This document shows positions 54,925 through 64,000 of a stretch of DNA of 64,000 nucleotides, piece after piece. The stretch comes from Octopus vulgaris (Eukaryota). The notes below the pieces were generated by a model. The model was not told where the DNA came from. It ran no database searches and saw only the letters and a list, made by a program, of their open reading frames with translations. Position 1 is the first letter of the stretch. Every line of letters begins with the position of its first letter. The position numbers and the translations under genes were made by a program. Where the stretch lies: assembly GCA_951406725.2 (NCBI GenBank), contig OX597836.1, positions 11,718,001 through 11,782,000 on the forward strand. Reading direction: 5' to 3'.

Positions 54925-55370
54925 TAATAATAAAAACAATAATAATAATAATAATGATGATGATGATGATAATAATGATAATAATAATAATAATAATAAT
55001 ATTAATAATGATAATAATAATAATAATAATAAAAATAATAATAATAATGATAATAATAATAATAATAATAATAATATTAATAATGATAATAATAATAATG
55101 ATAATAAAAATAATAATAATAATGATAATAATAATAATAATAACAATAATAATAATAAAAATAATAATAATAATGATGATGATGATGATGACGACGACGA
55201 CAATAGTGGTGGTGGTGGCGGCATGGTGGTGGTGGCGGCATGGTGGTGGTGGCGGTGGTGGTGGTGATGGTGGTGGCGGCGGCGGCGGTGGTGATGGTGG
55301 TGGTGGTAGCGGCGGCGGTGGTGGTGGTGGTGGCGGCGGTGGTGGTGGTGGTAGTGGTGGTGGTGGTTGG
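54312..55370. repeat. Long compound (AAT/GAT)n then (GGT/GGC)n microsatellite
   Basis: Direct inspection. Source of the poly-N/I/P/G ORFs. Confidence 0.97.
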
Positions 55371-56150
55371 TGCTGCTGCTGTTTAGTCTCAGGTGTCGAA
55401 GACAATGGAATTAGCTGAGATGGTCAACATTGTTAACCGAAGAGAGAAAATTGAACACAGCACTGGAAGATTGCGCAAAAAAACAAAAAACAAACAAAAA
55501 CACTTTGAAGCGTTGAACGTGGTAGGACAGCTTATGAACGTAGGTCTATATGTGTAGATGGAGGCGCAATGGCCCAGTGGTTAGGGCAGCGGACTCGCGG
55601 TCGTAGGATCGCCGTTTCGATTCCCAGACCGGGCGTTGTGAGTGTTTATTGAGCGAAAACACCTAAAAAAAGCTCCACAAGGCTCCGGCAGGGGATGGTG
55701 GTGATCCCTGCTGTACTCTTTCACCACAACTTTCTCTCACTCTTACTTCCTGTTTCTGTTGTACCTGTATTTCAAAGGGCCGGCCTTGTCACTCTCTGTG
55801 TCACGTTGAATATCCCCATGGTTCCGGGTTCAGTCTCACTGCGTCGCACCTTGGGTAAGTGTCTTCTACTATAGCCTCGGACAACCAAGCCTTGTGAGTT
55901 GATTTGGTAGACAGAAACTGAAAGAAGCTTGTTGTATATATATATATATATGTATGTGTATATATATATATATATATTTAAATATTTGTTGTGCAAGATT
56001 TTTTATGTGAAGTCGTGTGTTGAAACATATATTGTTATATTTCGGAATGGTCATATTGCCAGTTTAGCCAATAAAAACACACGCACTATATATTTGGTGT
56101 TATTTTGCTTCAGTGATATTTATTTTTTACATTAATCTTAATCTTATTTC

Positions 56151-56195
56151 GGCCAAAGTTCTTTCGTCACACTCCTGTGACCGCATCAGTGGTCC
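56151..56195 (-). ncRNA. Inverted identical copy of the A9C hammerhead variant
   Basis: Reverse complement of 57075-57119, within the long inverted duplication. Confidence 0.62.
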
Positions 56196-57074
56196 TTTGT
56201 TTTCTTCTCACTTACTTGTGTCTCTCCTTACTAACCGTCAGCCATTTTGTATTTCTATTGTATGTCTTCATTTGCGCATGCTTATATCTCTATGTGCGTC
56301 TATGTTTATTTAGTGTGTGGGGGGGGATGCCTGTAATATTTGTATCTTCTGGTTATATACATTCTTGTAATTTGTATTTTGTTTTTGTTGCTGTTGCTTT
56401 TGTTCTAATTTTGTTCATGTGTTTACATCCACCCATTATTATCATTACATATGCTTGTATGTATGTATAACAACAATATTAGTAATAATAATAAATCTAA
56501 TCGAGAAAAAAAAAAAAAAAAAAAAGAATATACATATACATATATATATATATACATACATATACATATACATATATATATATATACATATATACACACA
56601 TATATACACATATACATATACATATATATACACATATACATATATATAGATATTCATTTCTATTTCTTTAATTACCTGTGTATTTATTATGTTTGCAGGA
56701 TCCACTATTGTCATATGTTGTGGTGTGCGCTATTGCTCCATTCTAGTTTTCTTTTTTTCTCGATTAGATTTATTATTATTATTACTAATATTGTTGTTAT
56801 ACATACATACAAGCATATGTAATGATGATAATGGGTGGATGTAAACACATGAACAAAATTAGAACAAAAGCAACAACAACAAAAACAAAATACAAATTAC
56901 AAGAATGTATATAACCAGAAGATACAAATATTACAGGCATCCCCCCCACACACACACTAAATAAACATAGACGCACATAGAGATATAAGCATGCGCAAAT
57001 GAAGACATAAAATAGAAATACAAAATGGCTGACGGTTAGTAAGGAGAGACACAAGTAAGTGAGAAGAAAGCAAA

Positions 57075-57119
57075 GGACCACTGATGCGGTCACAGGAGTG
57101 TGACGAAAGAACTTTGGCC
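57075..57119 (+). ncRNA. Minimal hammerhead variant (A9 to C)
   Basis: ggacca CTGATGC g GTCACA ggag TGTGAC GAAA GAAC TT tggcc, with a perfect 6-bp stem II. Confidence 0.62.
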
Positions 57120-57233
57120 GAAATAAGATTAAGATTAATGTAAAAAATAAATATCACTGAAGCAAAATAACACCAAATATATAGTGCGTGTGTTTTTATT
57201 GGCTAAACTGGCAATATGACCATTCCGAAATAT

Positions 57234-57284
<51 letters not shown>

Positions 57285-57580
57285 AGTGTATGTATGTGGG
57301 GGTCTTTGTTCTGTGTTTGTTCCCGGTGTTGGTATGTTTACGCACTCATAACTTAGCGGTTCGGCAAAAGAGAACGATAGAATAAGTACGATTTGCTCGA
57401 CTAAAGGCGATGCTCCAGCATGGCCGCAGTCAAAAGACTGAAGCAAGTAAAAGAGTAATAGAGAGTAAAGGGTATATATATGTATGTGCATGTATAAGGA
57501 TGTATATATATATTGAATCGTTAGCCCCTACACGCAATTTTTTTCTCTCCTTGTTTCTCTCTTTGTTTCCTTTCTGTGTA

Positions 57581-57618
57581 TCTTTCTGTCTAAGAGCGTA
57601 GGCTCGAAACGTAAAAGA
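57581..57618 (+). ncRNA. Third copy of the CUGU minimal hammerhead variant (G8 mutated)
   Basis: tcttt CTGTCTA a GAGC gtag GCTC GAAACGTA aaaga. Confidence 0.55.
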
Positions 57619-57713
57619 CTTGTTTTATTTCTATTCCTGAGCGCCATACTAATACATTATTTGTTTGTACTCCACCTGCCTTCGTCTTTTGTTTATTTTC
57701 ATAAACCTTCCCG

Positions 57714-57780
<67 letters not shown>

Positions 57781-58436
57781 AGATAGATGTATGTGTGTTT
57801 GCGCCCGCACGTGTATAATCGGTAAAAATTACCAACTGACTCAAAAGTCAGGAGTTTCGCGCCTTTTCCAAACCGACTTTCAAGTTTTTAGAACCTTAAT
57901 CTCACTGTTTATCCTCCGATACAGATACATCCTTCAGGTAGGAATCCACCGTGCGAAAAGCCCTCATTCGTTAGCTTCCGAAATGGAAGGAGAAAACACT
58001 TCATACTCTGAAATACGATCTGCGGCAGCGGCATCCATGAGCGTAAACAACGATAAAACCAACAGCTATAATGACTAACACCTCAATAACTATATAAACA
58101 GCGGCCATTTCTTATGAGATATTATATATACTTCTAATGAGTTCCGTACGCCATGAATATGCTGATTAGCTCAACGGAATTAATGATTCTCGAATAACCA
58201 TGACTTTGATTAGACTCTCTACCGAGATTAATACGCGTTTTATTTCATATGGAATGGAAATTGCTGCCGTTTAAAAGCTATTCAAAATGACAACGTACAT
58301 ACATATACACATACATATATATATATGTATGTATATGTATATAAATATGTGTATATATATATATATATATTAGAACATTATTATTCATAATAAATAATAA
58401 TATTAGTGGCCGCAAGCATAAAACCGTACAGGTATA

Positions 58437-58513
<77 letters not shown>

Positions 58514-58538
58514 CTGTGTGTGTGTGTGTGTATATATG

Positions 58539-58571
<33 letters not shown>

Positions 58572-58693
58572 ACAGTGAGAGAGGGGAGAGAGGGAGAGAG
58601 AGATGATGATGAGGAGGATGGTGGTGGTGGTGGTGGTGATGGTGGTGGTGATGATGATGATGATGATGATGATGATGGTAATGATGATGGTGG

Positions 58694-58739
<46 letters not shown>

Positions 58740-58753
58740 GGTGGTGATGGTGG

Positions 58754-58785
<32 letters not shown>

Positions 58786-59293
58786 GTGGTGATGATGATG
58801 ATGATGGTGGTGATGATGATGATGATGATGGTGATGGTGGTGGTGGTGGTGGTGGTGGTGATGATGATGATGATGATGATGATGATGGTGATGACGGTGA
58901 TGACGGTGATGATGATGACGATGAAACATATTGCTTTGTTTATGCAAATGCTCGTTAGGGAAACTACTAATTGCCACACATACATTATTCCTAATTTTCC
59001 ACCGGCGTCTTTCGGAATAAATACAAGTGTAGGCATATCAATTGCTTCTAACAAAGACACAAGGACTGAATTTTCTTTTTTTTTCTTTGGCTTTGGTAAG
59101 AGAGGACTGGTAGATATCCTTCACACTACAGTATCTGGCTGATAATCTTTTTTTTTATTATTGATCCCCGAAAAGATCGAAACAAAGAAAGGTAAATGTC
59201 TCTCACTCTCTCTCTCTCTCTCTTTACGATCCAGGTTCAATTTCCGTCGATTACATCGATTAGCCCCCTCCTACAAATTTTAGTAGAAAGGAT

Positions 59294-59326
<33 letters not shown>

Positions 59327-59930
59327 TATAATAATAATAATTACGGAGATGTACTTGCATAGCAAGTGACCTGATCTGAGATAGTGTACTGGAGCGAAAA
59401 CAATTGCAGCGTGGAAGGTATTTATAAGCCATTTAAGAAACACACAATAATAATAATTGTTGTTGTTGTTGTTGTTGTTGTTAGAAGTGTTGTTGTTAGT
59501 GGTGTTGTTGTTGTTGTTGTTAAGACAGTCAGCCGGCAGAATCGTTGGCACGCTGGGCAAAAATGCTTAGCGGTATTTCGTCCGTTTTTACGCTCTGAGT
59601 TCAAATTCCGCTGAGGGTGGCTTCGCCTTTCATCCTTTCACAATCATTTAAAACAGATACCAGTCAAACACTGGGGTTCATGATTTCGATTTACCTACTG
59701 CCTTGAAATTGGTGGCTTTGTGCCGAGATTTGAAACCAGTAGTAGTAGTAGTAGTAGTAGGTGTCTAGTAGTAGCAGTAGTAGTAGTAGTAGCAGCAGGT
59801 CTTACATCACCTCAGGTGTGTGTGTGAAGGACGTGACTGATAATTTGTAGACATATGATTTTGTATGTATGTGCATACGTACACACACAGACGCGCATAC
59901 ACACACACACACGCACACCACACATACACA

Positions 59931-60024
<94 letters not shown>

Positions 60025-60145
60025 CATACATAATCGTAGAAACAGTATAATATAGGATTTGTATTCATTATATGTGTATATATGTGTGTGCGTGTGTGTG
60101 TAGATCTATATGTATGTATGTATGTATGTATGTATATATAAATAT

Positions 60146-60195
<50 letters not shown>

Positions 60196-60280
60196 GCATA
60201 TTTATATATGCATATATAAGAATGAATATATATGTAAATGTATGTGCATATATATATGTGTATGTATGTATGTATGTATG

Positions 60281-60325
<45 letters not shown>

Positions 60326-60889
60326 ACAGACATATACGTGTGTATGCATGTATATATATACATATATTTGTATGCATGCATACATTCGCGCATATTGTTC
60401 GCACACATTTTATGTCTGATTTTCAAAGAGAGATTTTCAATAAGAAGAACTTTCTATTAATAATTGAAAACGTTATTAAAGAGAAGCTCAGTGTTTGGTA
60501 AATCATTGATGCAGAATACTTCTGCTAATTCCGGTCATCTGGAACTCTAATGTGGACGGCTAATCAGTCGTTTATCTAAACTGAATTTCGTCTCTTAATA
60601 ATTATTGGGCGAACACAATGAAGCAATCCACAGCAGATATCTTAATAACGAATGAGCAGATACTGAAGTGTGCAGGTAAAGAGAGAAAGACGGGCTGCAT
60701 GCAATGGAGTCGAGCTTTTAATGGCGTAATTGAGAAGACGAGTGGAATGTGTGGAGAATATATTGTTGTAGTTGCCGTTGTCGTCGTCGTCCTCGTTGTT
60801 GTTGTTGTATAGTCCTAGGTTAACCTCAGATCGAGCAGACAGACGTATGATATTGAAGAACAAGCGATAGACGATAGAGCTGTGACTAC

Positions 60890-60947
<58 letters not shown>

Positions 60948-60978
60948 AGAAAATAAGATGACAAAAGAATAAACAATT

Positions 60979-61051
60979 GGCTTACAGTTGTTTCTGCTAT
61001 AGGATGCAGTGCACTCATAGATGGGTGCATGAGTAAAGCTTCATCAGAGCC
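60979..61051 (-). ncRNA. Type-I hammerhead ribozyme motif, canonical core
   Basis: ggct CTGATGA aGCT...AGCa GAAAC aact GTA agcc: stem I GGCT/AGCC, GUA triplet, inner hairpin ACTCAT/ATGAGT in stem II. Confidence 0.8.
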
Positions 61052-63821
61052 TCGAACAAGCATTTGCAAGCATATATATATATTGAGTTCTACACCTGGT
61101 TATTAGTCTCACAATGCCTAAACGATATATATATACTAATTTTTTTTTATTGTTTCCGTCAATTTACTGCGGCCATGCTGAAGCACAGTCTTTAGTCGAG
61201 CAAACGACCCCAGGACATATTCTTTGTAAGCCTAGTACTTATTCTATCGGTCTCTCTTGCCGAACCGCTAAGGGACGGGGAGGTAAACACACCATCATCG
61301 GTTGTCAAGCGATGTTGAGGGGACAAACCGCAGAAAATCGATCCTACGACCGCGACTCCGCTGCCCTAACTACCGGGCCATTGCGCCTCCACACGCATAC
61401 ATATATTATGCATAAATTATCGTTCACACATCTATAGTGTATGTGTTGCAACGCCAATTTGTTATGGGATTGCGTCCCGAGGAGAAAGTTCCTTGAACGA
61501 TGCGGTGTGTTTAAGAACACTGAATACGAAAGACCAGCAAGAAAACGTGCCGCGGGGGTCAACAAGAACGATAGATATCGATCTTTCGCTTTCGATATAA
61601 CTCATCATCGAGAAAATTAGGATAAACACAAATGCATATCAAAGTTCCTAAGCATGTTTCACCATTGTAGTTATGTCCTCTATTACTCTTTTACTTGTTT
61701 CAGTCTTTTGCCTGTGGCCATGCTGGAGCACCACCTTTAGTCGAGCAAATCGACCCCCAGGACTTATTCTTTGTAAGCCTTGATATGAAACGTTGTAGTA
61801 AAAATCACGGCTGATTATAGTTTCTATATCTCCTTTGCTCTTTCACTTGTTTCAGTCATTTGACTGTGGCCATGCTGGAGCACCACCTTTAGTCGAGCAA
61901 ATCGACCCCCAGGACTTATTCTTTGTAAGCCTTGATATGAAACGTTGTAGTAAAAATCACGGCTGATTATAGTTTCTATATCTCCTTTGCTCTTTCACTT
62001 GTTTCAGTCATTTGACTGCGGCCATGGTGGAGCACCGCCGTGGGACTGAAACCGAAACGAAAACCACTTAGTTGTGAAGCGAACTTCTTAACCACACAGC
62101 CACACCTGCGCCTATGTATGGTTCTATTTATGTAATGCACTCTATGGTCCGAAAATATTTTAGAAAGAATTATACCATGTTCTTACCATGTTTCTAATTA
62201 AACATCTGTTACCGATAGATTAAACCGCTTTTAATAATCTATAAGATTCTAGAATGGTCTAAAATAATTATATACCTTCACAAAGAACACAAATGGAGAT
62301 GAAAGACGCTTTCTTATTACAGGTTTCAGATACAATTATCGAGTTTTTATCGACCCTGTGAAGCTTTTTCAGTTTGTAAAAGCAGGACAAATGCCTTGGT
62401 TTCTTACGGCAATTTAATAAGATACAAAGCAAAATAGTAAATTGTTACTTATGGCTATGTCTAAAGTGATACCTATCAAGTGACGAGCAAATTTTGAAGT
62501 ATATTTTTCGCACATTGTATAATATTAAGAAATATGGTATTTATACAATAATTATAATGTAAATTAAGGTAGTTAATTGGAGGAGTCGTTAAATGCACGG
62601 GACAAAAAGCTTAGCGGTATTTCGTCTGTCTTTACGTTCTGAGCTCAAATTCCGCCGAGGTCAACTTTGCCTTTCATCCTTTCGGGGTCGATTAAATAAG
62701 TACCAGTTGCGTACTGGGGTCGATTTAATCGACTGGCCCCTCCCCGAAAAGTTTCAGCCCTTGTGCCTAGAGTAAAAAAAAAGAATTCGCTCGCATAGTT
62801 CATATTTAATTTTACTTTTGTCGAACATTTATTCATTAGTTAAATGAATGTCATCCTCAGCGGGTTCTTACTCAATACAAAAAGCCAAAATGGATACCCC
62901 TCAGCAATATTAGACGCACCCAGATTTTAGCAGCGCATATTTAGGAAACAAAGCTTCTGTTTCATTAAAGCAGGTAATTTAGGATTAACTTCGTATATAG
63001 GACCAGCGGTGATATTTTTTGAGACATTCCTTTTTATTAGAAAAAATTTGAATACTATAGGCCGTCAAATACTTTATCTTTTTATGTATATTTAATTTCA
63101 TTCTCCTTTTTTCACAAGCTTCAAAATTTCTGGAGAAAATGTTTTATTGGACAAAGAATGGTTTACTTTCCGAGAGAAAATTTTATTGTGTATGTTTTGG
63201 TTTACGAGTAGCGATCTAAATCGTGGTCTTTAAAACTCCCATGCTTGTTGATGTTAGCTTCTTTTTAAATGAGTTATATAAAATTAATCAGAGTATAATG
63301 TTGGTTTCAAATTTTGGTACAAGGCCAGCAATATCGAGGTAGGGGCTTTGTCGATTGCATCGACCCAAGCATTCAACTGGTACTGATTTTATTGACTCCG
63401 AAAGGATGAAATGTAAGGATGAAATGCAAAGTCGACCGCGGCAGAATTTGAACTCAGAACATGAAGTCTGCCGAAATGACGCTAAGAATGTTGTCCGATG
63501 TGCTAATGGTTCTGCCAGTTCGCTCCTTTAAACTAAATAAAAACAGAATTAAAATAAAACACATTGAATTGCTTCTGCATGTAGACAATCATATCTTGGG
63601 CAGGAATTCGAACTATCGAACCTTCAACAAGAAAGGTTATGATGGAAACTGCAACACCCCGGCGTTTAGACAGTCATATTTCGATCTTTATTTTCACTGA
63701 AATCAAATCTCCCTTAACATTCAGCGTGAAAATGCTTCAGAGAAAAGCTTTAATTTCTTTCTATATTTATAATGAACGAAATGAAAAGTGACTTTTCTAC
63801 TAACTACTATTTATAATCCAG

Positions 63822-64000
63822 ATTTGGAAGTGAAAATTTACAGCCTGAACGTCCTGTGAATAGAAATGGAAGCGAGTCAAAATGGCCACGGGCATTCAAT
63901 AGGTTTTTCACTGAAAGTCTCTTGAAGAAAGGAGGAAAGAACAGCATGCCAATTGAGCAAATAGTTCACAATCTTACTGCCATCAGTACGATGGTGCTGT
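63822..64000 (+). CDS. Candidate host exon of unknown gene, running off the window end
   Basis: TACTAAC branch-point consensus at 63798-63804 and acceptor CCAG ending at 63821. One frame is open to the window end (FGSENLQPERPVNRNGSESKWPRAFNRFFTESLLKKGGKNSMPIEQIVHNLTAISTMVL). No homology recognised. Confidence 0.4.

Larger units (their letters stand above)
55980..57242. mobile_element. Long inverted duplication (arms ~56027-56510 and ~56752-57242), putative Penelope-like terminal repeat
   Basis: Near-identical ~480-bp arms (the same ORF translations appear on both strands). Each arm carries a hammerhead variant pointing outward. (TA)n on both flanks. Confidence 0.75.

Overview
Eukaryotic, very AT-rich, repeat-saturated DNA that looks intergenic or intronic. 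It is most likely from an octopus (inferred from the tRNA-derived SINE families, which resemble octopus OR/OK SINEs). Almost all listed ORFs are translations of microsatellites. The real coding remnants all come from transposons: a young 5'-truncated L1/Tx1-clade LINE with an intact frame (34874-36785), several R4/Dong-type RLE retrotransposon fragments in (TAA)n tracts, and a decayed mariner transposase. Also present are dozens of SINE copies, a Helitron, piggyBac-type MITEs and a TIR element with an 8-bp TSD carrying TTAGGG repeats. The main unexpected signal is at least five sequence-distinct families of short non-coding elements, mostly embedded in microsatellites. They carry minimal type-I hammerhead ribozyme motifs, some with canonical cores and some with variant cores (CUGU, A9C, altered 3-8 pair). 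Four loci form outward-pointing inverted duplications, the architecture expected of Penelope-like retroelement termini. Only one plausible host exon was seen (63822 to the window end). All folds and alignments were done by eye and no database searches were run.
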